From positions 30,362 to 94,361 of the forward strand of contig DCFZ01000049.1 in the NCBI GenBank assembly GCA_002314455.1: a stretch of 64,000 bases of DNA, in the 5' to 3' direction. Each line of letters begins with the position of its first letter. Within the stretch, counting starts at the first letter, position 1. The notes beneath the pieces were generated by a model. The model made no database searches and had not been told where the DNA came from. It worked only from the letters and a program-made list of their open reading frames with translations. Shown here piece after piece: positions 9,134 through 19,835 of the stretch. Source of the stretch: Lentisphaeria bacterium UBA1791 (GTDB taxonomy: Bacteria; Verrucomicrobiota; Lentisphaeria; Victivallales; Victivallaceae). Position numbers and translations under genes: made by a program.

Positions 9134-10759
9134 CTATCTGGCAGTTTTCCGTTTCAGTTTATTGCGGAAGCGTTTGCTGTATTTCTTGGAGAACTGATCC
9201 CACAATTGGCGAAATGTTTCCGGAGAAGTGTACTCTTCATTGGGGAAAAAGCATTCGCGCAACTCCTGCAAAGCGCGGCGATCGCCGAGAAAAGTCAACA
9301 CATCGCCTGTTTGCAGTACGACTTCGGGGCGCGGCTGGATGAATTCGTCGCCGCGCTTGATCATCAGCAACAAGGCAAATTGGGCGAGGCCCGATTTTGC
9401 CAACGCCCGACCGATGAGCGAATTGTTTTCCGTCACGGTGAACTGACAGAGATCGCGGCCGTCGGAGCGCTCGTCGTATTCGAGGAGCGACGGTTCCTTT
9501 TCCTCATAAGGCAACACCAAGCCGAGTTTCTTGGCGACCCACATCAGCGACGAACCCTGAATCAAAATGGAGAGCAGTACCACGGTGAAGACCATGTAAA
9601 AGAAATTGTATGCGCGGATGTTCATCACGCCGTCCGTCGGGACCATTGCGACCACGAGCGCGGCGAGCATGATCGGCGCCGACCCGCGGATACCGACCCA
9701 GCAGGTGAACAATCTTTCCCGGAAACTGAACGGACTTTTGATCATGCAGATCATGACGGCAAGCGGACGCGCGATGAACATCAGCGTCAGCGCGATCAAC
9801 ACCGCGCCGACGATGTTGCGCACGCTCAAGAGCATGCGGCAGTCAAAAAAAGAGCCGAGCAACGTAAAGAGCAAGATCTGCATCAGCCACGCGACGCCGT
9901 CGATCAGTTTAACAAAGGTGGTTTTGTAGTTGAAGCGCATATTGCCCATCGTGATGCCGGCGACGTAACACGCCATCAGCGAATTGGCGCGCAGAACTCC
10001 GTTGGTGATGCCGTAGCAGATCAACACGAAAGCAATGGCGACCACGAAGCGCAATCCGTTGTATTCAAGGAATTTTTGCACCCAGTTGTAGAACCATTGA
10101 CCGAAAATGCCGAGCAGAAGTCCGGAAAGCGCGCCAATGCCGAGCCCCCAGGTGATGCCGCAGAACATATGCCACGAAACGTTGACAATATTGACGCCGC
10201 GCGTTGACAAAAAGATTTTGAGTATGACCAGCGTCAGCAGAAATGCCGCCGGGTCGTTGCTGCCGGATTCATATTCCAAAAGACTTTGCAGTTTCGGGGG
10301 GATCGACGCCTTTTGACCGCGCAAAATGGCAAAAACCGCCGCCGCGTCGGTCGAGGCGAAGACCGCTCCGACGAGCAGCGAGGCCGTGACATTCAACGTC
10401 AGAAAGAGCGATGCGCGGCTGATCCAGTAGGTGAAAAACGCGGTGATTGCCGCCGTCAGAATGACGCCGACGGTCGAGAGGAGCGTCCCCGTCACAAAGA
10501 TCCGTTTGATCGCGGCAAACGAGGTCTGCAATCCGCCGCTGAAAATGATGAAGCAAAGCGCGATCTCGCCGAAGAGCTGGACATCCTTGAGTGCGATGTT
10601 GGTGGGAATCCACTTCAACCCGTAGCGCCCGAAAAGAATGCCGGCGCCGAGAAAGCAGATCAGGATCGGCATTTTCAGAAACTTGGAAAAGCGGTTCAAC
10701 GACACGCCGCAAAGCAAGATGATGCCGCTCAGAGCAATGTACGTGGAAAATGTATCCAT
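9134..10759 (-). CDS. Monovalent cation (K+ or Na+)/H+ antiporter, CPA1 family, with C-terminal TrkA_C-like domain
   Basis: 541 aa and polytopic. Motifs are typical of the NhaP2/CvrA type: FASTDAAAVFAILRG, LLEYESGSNDPAAFLLT. The soluble C-terminal domain (FTVTENNSLIGRALAKSGL...VLQTGDVLTFLG) looks like TrkA_C. Confidence 0.88.
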   Translation of the reverse strand: MDTFSTYIALSGIILLCGVSLNRFSKFLKMPILICFLGAGILFGRYGLKWIPTNIALKDVQLFGEIALCFIIFSGGLQTSFAAIKRIFVTGTLLSTVGVILTAAITAFFTYWISRASLFLTLNVTASLLVGAVFASTDAAAVFAILRGQKASIPPKLQSLLEYESGSNDPAAFLLTLVILKIFLSTRGVNIVNVSWHMFCGITWGLGIGALSGLLLGIFGQWFYNWVQKFLEYNGLRFVVAIAFVLICYGITNGVLRANSLMACYVAGITMGNMRFNYKTTFVKLIDGVAWLMQILLFTLLGSFFDCRMLLSVRNIVGAVLIALTLMFIARPLAVMICMIKSPFSFRERLFTCWVGIRGSAPIMLAALVVAMVPTDGVMNIRAYNFFYMVFTVVLLSILIQGSSLMWVAKKLGLVLPYEEKEPSLLEYDERSDGRDLCQFTVTENNSLIGRALAKSGLAQFALLLMIKRGDEFIQPRPEVVLQTGDVLTFLGDRRALQELRECFFPNEEYTSPETFRQLWDQFSKKYSKRFRNKLKRKTAR

Positions 10760-10821
10760 AAAAGCAAACGTAATTTATGCCGTACGCGCCATTGCCGCGC
10801 GTACGGCTTGTGGGTGAGGGA

Positions 10822-11820
10822 TCAGCAGTTCTGTTGCCAGCGCCACGCGTCGCGGCACATGTCGACGAGATTCTTTTCCGCTTTCCAACGGAGCATTTTT
10901 GCCGCTTTGGAGGGATCGGAATAGCAAGTCGCAATGTCGCCGGGACGACGGGGGGATATCTGGTATTTCACCTTGATGTGGTTGGCTTCCTCAAACGCCT
11001 TGACGACGTCGAGCACGCTGTAGCCGATGCCGGTGCCGAGGTTGAAAACTTCGGCTCCATTGTTGGCGCAGGCGAAATGGTAGGCGGCAACGTGCCCCTT
11101 GGCGAGGTCGACGACGTGGATGTAGTCGCGCACCCCGGTGCCGTCGGGCGTCGGATAATCGTCGCCGTAGATGCTCAAGTGGTCGCGCATACCGATCGCG
11201 GTCTGCGTGATGTAGGGCAGCAGATTGTTGGGAATGCCGTTGGGGCGTTCCCCGATCAAGCCGCTCTCGTGCGCGCCGATCGGGTTGAAATAGCGGAGCA
11301 AAACGATCGACATATCGGGATTCGCCTTGGCGACGCCCTGAAGAATCTGCTCGATCATATATTTCGTCCAGCCGTAGGGGTTGGTGCAATTGCCGGTCGG
11401 CGCCGTTTCGGCGAAAGGCGCTTCGCTGTTGGCGCCGTAAACAGTGGCGGAACTGCTGAAGATCAGCTTTTTGCAATCAAATTCGCGCATCACCTCGAGC
11501 AAAGTCAACGTCGTGTCGAGGTTGTTGCGGTAGTATTCGATCGGTTTGGCGACCGATTCGCCGACCGCTTTGAAGCCGGCGAAGTGAATGACGCCGTCGA
11601 TCTTGTGCGCTTTGAAAAGCGCGGTCAGCGCCGCCTTGTCGGCGACGTCGATCTTGCAGAACGCCGGACGCACGCCGGTGATTTTTTCGATCTTGTCGAT
11701 GATCTCGGCGGAGCTGTTGGAAAGATCGTCGGCGATGACGACCTGCTGCTTGTCGTTGATGAGTTCCACGGCGGTGTGAGAGCCGATGAAGCCGCTGCCG
11801 CCAGTCAAAAGAATAGCCAT
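10822..11820 (-). CDS. galE: UDP-glucose 4-epimerase
   Basis: 332 aa. It has the NAD-binding GxxGxxG (LLTGGSGFIGSH), SSSATVYG, the catalytic YGWTKYMIEQ (YxxxK) and RYFNPIGAH; it is collinear with GalE. Confidence 0.93.
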   Translation of the reverse strand: MAILLTGGSGFIGSHTAVELINDKQQVVIADDLSNSSAEIIDKIEKITGVRPAFCKIDVADKAALTALFKAHKIDGVIHFAGFKAVGESVAKPIEYYRNNLDTTLTLLEVMREFDCKKLIFSSSATVYGANSEAPFAETAPTGNCTNPYGWTKYMIEQILQGVAKANPDMSIVLLRYFNPIGAHESGLIGERPNGIPNNLLPYITQTAIGMRDHLSIYGDDYPTPDGTGVRDYIHVVDLAKGHVAAYHFACANNGAEVFNLGTGIGYSVLDVVKAFEEANHIKVKYQISPRRPGDIATCYSDPSKAAKMLRWKAEKNLVDMCRDAWRWQQNC

Positions 11821-12015
11821 GATGAAAAGTCCTTTCTGTCGTACCTTCTATTTAATATAGCGGTGAAACGCTCTTTTTCAAGTCGTTCAAGGGGGACGAT
11901 CCGGTAAAAAAAAGGGTGAAAAAGTTTTTTCTTTACAGGAAATTTTGTCCGACACCGATTATATTAGATGAAAAGACGACGTTTCGAAAATTAAATCAAG
12001 GAGGGGGAATTTTTT

Positions 12016-12642
12016 ATGAAAAAGTGGTTTTTGCTGGGCGCATTGTGCGGCGCGCTGGGCGTTTCTGCGTGGCAGGAAAATTATGCGCCGAAATTCAACC
12101 GCGTCAGCGTGCCGCTCGTCGAGGAGGATGACCGGATATTGCCGCAATTGATCGACTTGCAACGCTATGCCGCGTTCACCGGCAAATACATCTACTCCGC
12201 CGATCTGAATATGGACGGCAAAAAAGATTTCGTCGTCTACGCGTGGACGGGCGGATGCGGTCTGGCGATGTGCCGTTGCGACGTTTTCTTTTTTCTCTCT
12301 TCGCCGCAGGGATATTACAAAACGAGCTTCAACGCCTACAGCTTTGAGGAAAAAGACATCATCCGGCACGGCAATAAAAATTATTTCCTGCTGACGCTCT
12401 GTCAGAGCTGGTCGACCGAAAACGGTCACAACTACTGGCTCAACCGCATCTACGCTTTCGGCAAAGACGGCAAAATGTACGAGGCGGATTCGGAAGTCGG
12501 CGCGCCTTTCCCCTCGTACATCCAATATCTCGAGCGCGACAATCACGAACAGGCGAAACTTTCGCCCGTCGAAAAGGAAAAAATGTGGCAAGCCGCCAAA
12601 GAGCGCCTCTTTGACAAAGAGACGCAATCGCAATTGGAGTAA
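12016..12642 (+). CDS. Secreted hypothetical protein (208 aa) with one FG-GAP/VCBS-like Ca-binding-type motif
   Basis: GGAGGGGG lies 8 nt upstream of the ATG. Signal peptide MKKWFLLGALCGALGVSAW. A DLNMDGKKDFVVY motif is present. No family recognised. Confidence 0.7.
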   Translation: MKKWFLLGALCGALGVSAWQENYAPKFNRVSVPLVEEDDRILPQLIDLQRYAAFTGKYIYSADLNMDGKKDFVVYAWTGGCGLAMCRCDVFFFLSSPQGYYKTSFNAYSFEEKDIIRHGNKNYFLLTLCQSWSTENGHNYWLNRIYAFGKDGKMYEADSEVGAPFPSYIQYLERDNHEQAKLSPVEKEKMWQAAKERLFDKETQSQLE

Positions 12643-12944
12643 GGTACCTCGGGGACGCGTGCCGCCGCACCCTGCTTTCATCTGATTTGCCGCCTTTTTC
12701 CCGGTCGGAATCGTTCCGATTGATCCGGCATTTTTGCGTGCAATTCAAAATTCGCATCGGCGCCGTGGCGTCGCAGTTTGCTTTTTGCCGAATTTTTTCA
12801 AAAAAAAGGCGGTTTTCGGCGAAAAACCGCTTGTTAAAAAAGTTTGCAGGATTATATTATTAGTATGTATATAGGGCGCGTTGTGCGTCCATGGTACTTT
12901 TTACAATTTTTTTCATTTTAAAATAGAAAGCAAAGGTGTTTGGA

Positions 12945-15614
12945 ATGAGTGATCTTACCACCCGTGATATTCCGCTTGATATCGAAGATATCATGCATAC
13001 TGCCTATCTGCAGTACTCCCTCAGCGTCAACGTCGGCCGCGCCATTCCCGATGTGCGCGACGGCTTGAAGCCGGTCAACCGCCGCATTCTCTACGCGATG
13101 CGCCAGATGCACATCGGCAAATCGCACGCGACGGTCAAGTGCGCCAAGGTCGTCGGCGAAGTGATGGGTAACTATCACCCGCACGGCGATATGGCGATTT
13201 ACGACGCGCTGGCGCGTCTTGCTCAACCCTTTTCGATGCGCGCGCCGCTGGTCGAAGGGCAGGGGAACTTCGGTACGCTCGACGGCGATCCGCCGGCGGC
13301 GTCGCGTTACACCGAGTGCCGCATGGAGCGCCTCGCCGAAGAGATGCTCGCCGACATTGAAAAAGAGACCGTCGATATGGTGCCGACGTTCGATGAATCC
13401 GACGTCGAGCCTTCCGTGTTGCCGGCGAAATTCCCGCAGTTGCTCGTCAACGGCACGACCGGCATCGGCGTCGGTATGGCGACCTACATTCCGCCGCACA
13501 ACCTCGGCGAAGTGATTGACGCGACCGTCTACTTGCTCGACAAACCGACCGCTTCGGTCGATGAATTGCTTCAATTCCTGCCGGGGCCCGATTTCCCGAC
13601 CGGCGCGATCATCCGCGGTCGTATGGCGATGCGTCAGTTCTACCAGACCGGCCACGGCAGCGTCAAAGTGCGTTCCCGCGCCGACATCATTGAAAAGGAC
13701 GGCCGCGAGCAGATCATCATTTCCGAGATCCCCTACGCGATCAACAAGTCGACCGAAGTCAAGCACATCGCCGATCTGGTGCGCGACAAGGTGATTACCG
13801 GCATTTCCGAGATCAAAGATGAATCGAGCGAACGCAACGGCGTGCGCATCGTCATCGACGTCAAGCGCGGTGCGATGGGGCAGGTTGTGCTCAATCAGAT
13901 CTTTGCGCACACGCAGTTCGAGACGACCATCGGTTGCACGATGCTCGTCGTCGACCACAACCGCCCGCGCACGATGAACCTCGTTCAGGTGTTGCAGGCG
14001 TACATCGACCACCGCCTCGAAGTGATTTTGCGCCGCACGCTGTTTGATTTGGACAAGGCAAAGGCGCGCGCCCACATCCTCGAAGGTTTCAAGATCGCGA
14101 TCGACAATCTCGACGAAGTAGTCAAGATTATCCGCGAGTCGCGCACCCGTCAGGACGCCGCGGCGGCGTTGATGGCGCGTTTCGGCTTGTCGCAGATCCA
14201 GACGGCGGCGATCCTCGATATGCGGTTGCACCAGTTGACCGGCATGGCGATCGACGACGTGCTCGCCGAATTGGCGGAAGTTCACCAGCAGATCGCCTAT
14301 CTGACCGAGCTTGCCGAGAGCCGCGAAAAGCGCATCGGCGTCGTCCGCACCGAATTGCTCGAAGTTAAAGACAAGTACGCCGACGCCCGGCGTACCGAGA
14401 TCACCGCGGACGATACCGATCTCAATATCGCCGATTTTATTCCGCGTCACAGTTGCGTGATTACGGTTTCCGATACCGGGTACATCAAGCGCGTGCCCGC
14501 CGATACCTACCATACGCAGCACCGCGGCGGCAAGGGCATCATCGGCATGAGCACCAAGGAAGAAGACACCGTTGAACACATTTTCAACGCAAACAGCCAC
14601 GACATCATTTTCTTCTTTACTGACCGCGGCTTTATGTACTGGCTCAACGTCTACGAGATCCCCGAAGGAATCCGCACCGGCAAGGGCAAGGCGATCATCA
14701 ATTTGATCAAGGTCGAGCCGGGCGAAAAGGTCTGCGCGATGCTGACCGTCCGCACCGAGGATTTCGACGATCCCAACAAGTTCATCGTGATGGCGTCCCG
14801 CAAGGGTTACATCAAAAAGAGCGAGCTTGCGCTTTTCCGCAATTTGCGCCGCACCGGTTTGCGCGCCCTCGTCATCGAGGAGGACGACGATCTCATCGGC
14901 GCCGCGATCGGCGCCAACGGCAATGAAGTGTTGCTGTCGACCCGGCTCGGCATGGCGTGCCGCTTTGACCTCAACGACGAGGAAGTCCGTCCGATGGGCC
15001 GTACCGCCCGCGGCGTGACCGGTATGCGTTTCAAGCTTGCCGGCGACGACGTCGTGAGTCTTGAGATCGTCAGCGAACCGACCTACGACGAAGCCGAAGA
15101 GGTCGACGCCGAGGGCGAAGTTCCCGAAGTTGAGACGGAAAGTGCCGACGACGACAAGGAAGAAGTTTTCGGCGTCGGGCCGGAAGTGATGGTCGTCACC
15201 AACGGCGGTATGGGCAAGCGCTCCTTTGTTTCGACTTACCGCAAGACCCGCCGTGGCGCCAAGGGCGTCGTCAACATCAAGCTTCGCGAAAACGAGGAAG
15301 TTTTGAGCGTCGTTCAGATCACGGAAAACGACGAGTTGCTGTTGACCACGGAGCGCGGTCAATTGGTGCGCATCCCCGCCGGCGAAGTCCGCCGCGTCGG
15401 TCGCGCATCCCGCGGCGTGAAGATCATGAATCTCAACGCCGGCGACAAAATCACGAGCGTTGCGAAGCTGGTCGATTTCACCAGCGCGGCTCCTGCGGAT
15501 GAAACATCCGCCGATGAAAATGGCGAAGTTCCGGCGGAAGAAACGCCCGTGACTGCCGATGCGCCGGAAACTCCGGTCGCGGAAGCGCCTGAAGCGCCCG
15601 AAACGCAGGAATAG
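12945..15614 (+). CDS. gyrA: DNA gyrase subunit A
   Basis: The ATG at 12945 is 3 codons inside the listed GTG ORF. Canonical GyrA N-terminus: [62 protein letters not shown]. There are C-terminal beta-pinwheel repeats and an acidic, Pro-rich tail. Confidence 0.96.
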   Translation: MSDLTTRDIPLDIEDIMHTAYLQYSLSVNVGRAIPDVRDGLKPVNRRILYAMRQMHIGKSHATVKCAKVVGEVMGNYHPHGDMAIYDALARLAQPFSMRAPLVEGQGNFGTLDGDPPAASRYTECRMERLAEEMLADIEKETVDMVPTFDESDVEPSVLPAKFPQLLVNGTTGIGVGMATYIPPHNLGEVIDATVYLLDKPTASVDELLQFLPGPDFPTGAIIRGRMAMRQFYQTGHGSVKVRSRADIIEKDGREQIIISEIPYAINKSTEVKHIADLVRDKVITGISEIKDESSERNGVRIVIDVKRGAMGQVVLNQIFAHTQFETTIGCTMLVVDHNRPRTMNLVQVLQAYIDHRLEVILRRTLFDLDKAKARAHILEGFKIAIDNLDEVVKIIRESRTRQDAAAALMARFGLSQIQTAAILDMRLHQLTGMAIDDVLAELAEVHQQIAYLTELAESREKRIGVVRTELLEVKDKYADARRTEITADDTDLNIADFIPRHSCVITVSDTGYIKRVPADTYHTQHRGGKGIIGMSTKEEDTVEHIFNANSHDIIFFFTDRGFMYWLNVYEIPEGIRTGKGKAIINLIKVEPGEKVCAMLTVRTEDFDDPNKFIVMASRKGYIKKSELALFRNLRRTGLRALVIEEDDDLIGAAIGANGNEVLLSTRLGMACRFDLNDEEVRPMGRTARGVTGMRFKLAGDDVVSLEIVSEPTYDEAEEVDAEGEVPEVETESADDDKEEVFGVGPEVMVVTNGGMGKRSFVSTYRKTRRGAKGVVNIKLRENEEVLSVVQITENDELLLTTERGQLVRIPAGEVRRVGRASRGVKIMNLNAGDKITSVAKLVDFTSAAPADETSADENGEVPAEETPVTADAPETPVAEAPEAPETQE

Positions 15615-15630
15615 TAAAGGAGTCCAACCG

Positions 15631-16443
15631 GTGTCGGATTCCCCGAAAATCGTCGCCATCGTCAATGTGACGGGCGACTCGTTCAGCGACAGCGAGAATT
15701 CCGCCCCGGAGACGGGCGGGATCCGCGCGCAGTCGCTGTTCGCCAATGGTGCCGACATCGTCGAATTCGGCGCGGAATCGACGCGCCCCGGTTCGGTCGA
15801 AATTCCCGTCGACGTGGAATTGGCGCGCCTGCAAATTGCGCTGAAATCGTTTCGCGCGCTTTGCCCCGATGCGCCCTTTGCCGTCGACACCCGCAATGCG
15901 AGATGTGCGCGTTTCGCGCTCGAGCAGGGGGCGGTTTATATCAGCGACGTCTCAATGTTGCGTCACGATCCCGCGATGGCGGGCGTGATCGCCGCTTTTC
16001 CCGCGGCGGAACTGGTGCTCTGCCACTCGCGCGGCACGCCGCAGACGATGCGCGACGAAGCGTTGCTCGATTACGGCAGCGACGTCGTCGGCGAGATCTG
16101 CCGCGAACTGGAAAGTGCGGTGCAGCAGGCGCGGCAATCGGGATTGCCGCGTGAACGCATCATTTTTGATCCCGGTTTCGGTTTCGCCAAAAGCGTCCAG
16201 CAACAGTGGACGATGCTTCGCGAGATCAAGCGCTTCGCGCAACTCGGGCGGCTCTTTGTCGGCGTTTCCCGCAAATCTTTTCTCGGCGCGACGATCCACG
16301 AAACTTCCCCCGGCAACCGCGGCGCCGCGACGCTGGCGACCGAGCTTTATCTCGCCCGGTGCGGCGTTGATTATTTGCGTACGCACGATCCCAAAGCCTT
16401 CGGCGACGGCTGGTGCGTCGAGCAGGAGTTGAGGCGGCGATGA
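15631..16443 (+). CDS. folP: Dihydropteroate synthase
   Basis: The start was set at GTG 15631, 8 nt after AAAGGAG. Pterin-binding motifs: IVAIVNVTGDSFSD, GADIVEFGAESTRPG, DPGFGFAK, GVSRKSF. The listed upstream extension overlaps the gyrA tail. Confidence 0.88.
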   Translation: MSDSPKIVAIVNVTGDSFSDSENSAPETGGIRAQSLFANGADIVEFGAESTRPGSVEIPVDVELARLQIALKSFRALCPDAPFAVDTRNARCARFALEQGAVYISDVSMLRHDPAMAGVIAAFPAAELVLCHSRGTPQTMRDEALLDYGSDVVGEICRELESAVQQARQSGLPRERIIFDPGFGFAKSVQQQWTMLREIKRFAQLGRLFVGVSRKSFLGATIHETSPGNRGAATLATELYLARCGVDYLRTHDPKAFGDGWCVEQELRRR

Positions 16444-17273
16444 ATCTTTTGACTTACATCGGTATCAATGCCCCGCAGGATGCGATCCGCGTCGGCGCGG
16501 AAATTCTGATCCTCTATCTCGTGATTTACGGCGTGCTCTGTTATTTGCGCAGTGCGGTCGGCGCGATTATCCTGACCTGCATTTTCTTCTTGTGGGCAGG
16601 CGTCGGGATCCTCTGCAAGGAGTTCAATTTGATCGTCATTCAGCATATCGTCACGGTTTTCGGCGACTCGATGGTCGTCATTTTGCTGATCATCTTTCAG
16701 CCGGAATTGCGCCGCGCGCTCGCGCAAGTCGGCAGTTATCGCTGGGGCGTAGGTGATCTGCACCGCGAAGCCATCGACGGCGTCGTTCAGGCGGCGACCG
16801 TTATGTCGCGGCAGAAATGCGGAGCGCTGATCGTTTTGGAGCGCAACATTCCGCTCAACATGCTCATCCACGATTCCGTACCGATTGACAGCCATGTTTC
16901 CGCGGTGATGCTCGAATCGATTTTCTACCCGAATTCCCCGCTGCACGACGGCGCGGTAATCATCCGCAACGACCGGATTGTCGCCGCGCGGGTGATCCTG
17001 CCGCTGACGCGGGCGGAAAATGTTTCCCGCCGGCTCGGGACCCGGCACCGGGCGGCGGTCGGCATTTCCGAGGAATGCGATGCCGTCACCGTGGTCGTTT
17101 CCGAGGAAACCGGCGCTATTGCGCTGACTTATCGCGGTAAACTTTACCGCGATCTCAAGTCCAGAGCGCTGGCTGATCTGTTGCACGCCGTGATGATCAA
17201 AAAAGACGATGGCGAGGTGGAGGAAACCTTGCGTATGCTCGAAGAAAGAAATGAAATGGAGCATCTGCAATGA
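16440..17273 (+). CDS. cdaA: Diadenylate cyclase (c-di-AMP synthase), membrane-anchored CdaA type
   Basis: The ATG at 16440 overlaps the folP stop (ATGA). There are three N-terminal TM helices and then a DAC domain: GALIVLERN, FYPNSPLHDGAVII, ILPLT, LGTRHRAAVGISEE.DA..VVVSEETG.I. Confidence 0.92.
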   Translation: MNLLTYIGINAPQDAIRVGAEILILYLVIYGVLCYLRSAVGAIILTCIFFLWAGVGILCKEFNLIVIQHIVTVFGDSMVVILLIIFQPELRRALAQVGSYRWGVGDLHREAIDGVVQAATVMSRQKCGALIVLERNIPLNMLIHDSVPIDSHVSAVMLESIFYPNSPLHDGAVIIRNDRIVAARVILPLTRAENVSRRLGTRHRAAVGISEECDAVTVVVSEETGAIALTYRGKLYRDLKSRALADLLHAVMIKKDDGEVEETLRMLEERNEMEHLQ

Positions 17274-18289
17274 ACCGCTGGGGACGTAAGATTTTTCATT
17301 TCCTGTTTGCCCACGGCTGGCGCAAGATCATCGCGCTGGTCTTGGCGGTCATCATCTACGCGACAATCTACGGGATGAAGCAGTCGACGACCGTCGTTCA
17401 GGACATCATTCTGGAAATCAGCGCCGAAGATGGTCTGATTCTCGATCCCGCGACGAATCAGAAACAGGTCAAGGTCAGCATTATGGTTTCCGGCGATCCC
17501 AATTTACTGGCGACGTTGAAACCGACGGATTTTGAAGCCAAAGTGAGCGTTCGCGAATCGGATTTTTCGTCGGACGGGGTGTACAAGGTCAACGTGTCGC
17601 CCGCCGATATTTCGTTCCGGGGCAATGCGCGGCTCAACGTGGTGAAAGTGCGCGACAATTCCGTTGTTTTTATCAACGCACAGCGCCGGATCCGCCAGGG
17701 GGTTGCCTTGGATTGGAAAATTTCGGGAAAACTTTCCAAAGATTACCAGTGGGGCAACATCAGTTGCGAACCGGTGCAACTTTATTTTGAGGGTGCGGAA
17801 AAGGCGTTGCAGAATTTGCGGGTCACGCCGCTTGAGATTGCGTTGACGCCGGAAATCACCCAGTCTTTTGAAAAAACGCTCAACGTGACGGTTATGCACG
17901 GCGATGAATCGGTTTATCTGGTGTCCGCCGACGGGCAGACGCGCAAAGCGGACAGCGTCCCCGTTAAGGTGACGGTTGAGATCTTGCCCGCGGATGCACT
18001 TGAGGAAACGATCTCCGGCGTCGAGATCCGGATCAAACCGGATCCGTCGAGTAAATATATTGTAAAAAGCGATGTAAAAACGGTGGAATTGGTCGTCAAA
18101 GGCGCGCCGTCCAAAATTGATCTGTTGCTGAAAAATCTGAACAACATCGAGGTCTTCCCCGATGTTTCCGCCGTCGCGGACAAGCGAGGGACGCATTCGG
18201 TGCCGTTGAAGTATTCTCTGCCGGTCGATGTCAAGGTGCAGAAAATAACTCCCGAACGCGTCAACGTGACGATTTCGGAAGGTCGATAA
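17270..18289 (+). CDS. YbbR-like domain protein (CdaR-type regulator of CdaA)
   Basis: The ATG overlaps the cdaA stop (ATGA). It has an N-terminal TM helix followed by about 300 aa of repeated beta-rich segments. The position directly after cdaA is the conserved cdaA-cdaR arrangement. Confidence 0.75.
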   Translation: MNRWGRKIFHFLFAHGWRKIIALVLAVIIYATIYGMKQSTTVVQDIILEISAEDGLILDPATNQKQVKVSIMVSGDPNLLATLKPTDFEAKVSVRESDFSSDGVYKVNVSPADISFRGNARLNVVKVRDNSVVFINAQRRIRQGVALDWKISGKLSKDYQWGNISCEPVQLYFEGAEKALQNLRVTPLEIALTPEITQSFEKTLNVTVMHGDESVYLVSADGQTRKADSVPVKVTVEILPADALEETISGVEIRIKPDPSSKYIVKSDVKTVELVVKGAPSKIDLLLKNLNNIEVFPDVSAVADKRGTHSVPLKYSLPVDVKVQKITPERVNVTISEGR

Positions 18290-18332
18290 GTTGTTTGTCA
18301 AAACCGTAAAGATATATTAGAAAGGTTCGGTT

Positions 18333-19820
18333 ATGGTCATAAAAAAGATGAATCGTGTGTTTCACAAACACAGCCGCTGGCTCTTCGGAGCATTTACGCT
18401 TATCATCATCGTCTCCTTTCTCGGCTTTCTGACGCCGGGAACGTTCGGGCTCGGCGGTTTCAGCTCGCCCGACAGCACGGTGGTCGGCAGCGTTTACGGC
18501 AAAGAGGTCACCTACGGCGAATTGCGCAAGGAAAAACGTTCGCTGGCGGCGCTCTTTCGGGAAGTGCCCGACGAAATGGCGCTTTTTATGCTCGCCCAAA
18601 AGGCCAAGGCGGATCAGCTCGCGATTGCGGTGTCGGATGACGAGTTGAAAACGTTTTTGCAGCAGGAATTTGTGAATAAGGAAGGAAAATACGATTCCGC
18701 GCTTTACCGTCAGCATATGGATGCGTTGCGTGCCAACGGCTTTACGGAAGAGGAAGTGCTGGACGGATTCCGCTCGATTTGTCTCGGGCGCAAACTGCAG
18801 ATGCTGGCGGCAAACTCCGTCGTGGTGAGCGATGTGGAAGCAAAAGCGATCTACCGTCAGTACAACACGCGCTTTGTCGGTAAAATTTACACCGTCAAAC
18901 CGCAGGAAAGCGCGGCGGAGATCCCGATGGAGGAGGTGCAGAAATTTTTCACCGCCAATGCGAAAAATTATATCATCGACGGCTCGATCAGCGCGCTCGT
19001 AGTCGAATTCCCCTTTGCCAATTATCTCGCCGAAGTTCAAAAGACGGAAAAAGATCCCGCCAAAGCAACTGCGGCGGCGAAGGATTTGGCGAAAGCGGCG
19101 GCGAAAAAGTTTTCCGACGACGTCTACGACCAGCTGAAAACGCTCCCCGAAAAAGAGCAGAGTGCCGCGTTTCAAAAGATCCTTGCCGATCAGAAATTGA
19201 CGGCGAAAGAAGAGAAATTTTCTTTCAATGGCAATATGAACGTCAAAGATTTGGAACAGCTCAAGTACGCCTTGCTGAAAGCGGAGGAGCCCGCCAGAGT
19301 CAGCGATCCGGCGACGGAAGAGAAGGCGGTGCTCGTCGGTTTGGTCACGACGCGCGTCGAACCCCGTCAGGCGGAGTTTAATGAGGTCGTGAAAAAGGTT
19401 TATCAGGACTGCAAGGCGGAACGCATTCAAACTGCCACCGAGGAAAAAGCAAAAGAGTTTGCCCAAAAGTACAACGAATGCAAGGACGATGCGGCGCGCG
19501 CGGCGTTGCTGAAGCAACTGCCGGTCGCCAAGACGGAGGATATCTCGTTGACGGTGATGGAAAGTTCCATGAACCGTGCGCAGGCTTCATTCCTCGGCGC
19601 GGCCTTTGCCATCGCCCCCAAGCAGGCTGCATCGGTTGGCGACGCGGTGCTCGTGTTGGCAAAGCGCGAGGTGCCCCAGGAGAATATTTCCGAGGAGGAA
19701 TTGATGCTTTACCGTTTTTTGGCGTTGCAGAATAAACAGGAGTTGGCGGTGGCGGAATTGCAGGAAGACATCGCCACGCATTGTCAATATCGCGCCCCCG
19801 GCAGCGATGCAGAGAAATAA
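18333..19820 (+). CDS. Membrane-anchored periplasmic chaperone-like protein (SurA-N / PpiD-like, no obvious PPIase domain)
   Basis: 495 aa. An N-terminal anchor (WLFGAFTLIIIVSFLGF) is followed by VVGSVYGKEVTYGEL..., typical of the SurA_N/PpiD N-domain. The rest is helical and K/E/A-rich. An alternative ATG lies at 18348. Confidence 0.65.
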   Translation: MVIKKMNRVFHKHSRWLFGAFTLIIIVSFLGFLTPGTFGLGGFSSPDSTVVGSVYGKEVTYGELRKEKRSLAALFREVPDEMALFMLAQKAKADQLAIAVSDDELKTFLQQEFVNKEGKYDSALYRQHMDALRANGFTEEEVLDGFRSICLGRKLQMLAANSVVVSDVEAKAIYRQYNTRFVGKIYTVKPQESAAEIPMEEVQKFFTANAKNYIIDGSISALVVEFPFANYLAEVQKTEKDPAKATAAAKDLAKAAAKKFSDDVYDQLKTLPEKEQSAAFQKILADQKLTAKEEKFSFNGNMNVKDLEQLKYALLKAEEPARVSDPATEEKAVLVGLVTTRVEPRQAEFNEVVKKVYQDCKAERIQTATEEKAKEFAQKYNECKDDAARAALLKQLPVAKTEDISLTVMESSMNRAQASFLGAAFAIAPKQAASVGDAVLVLAKREVPQENISEEELMLYRFLALQNKQELAVAELQEDIATHCQYRAPGSDAEK

Positions 19821-19835
19821 CCAGGAGAAAAGAAA

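Noticed and set aside
12918-15896. 992-aa minus-strand ORF
   Set aside because: It is exactly antisense to gyrA and folP. It is R/G/D/A/V-rich low-complexity sequence typical of stop-codon-poor antisense frames in GC-rich DNA, with no SD and no recognisable motif.
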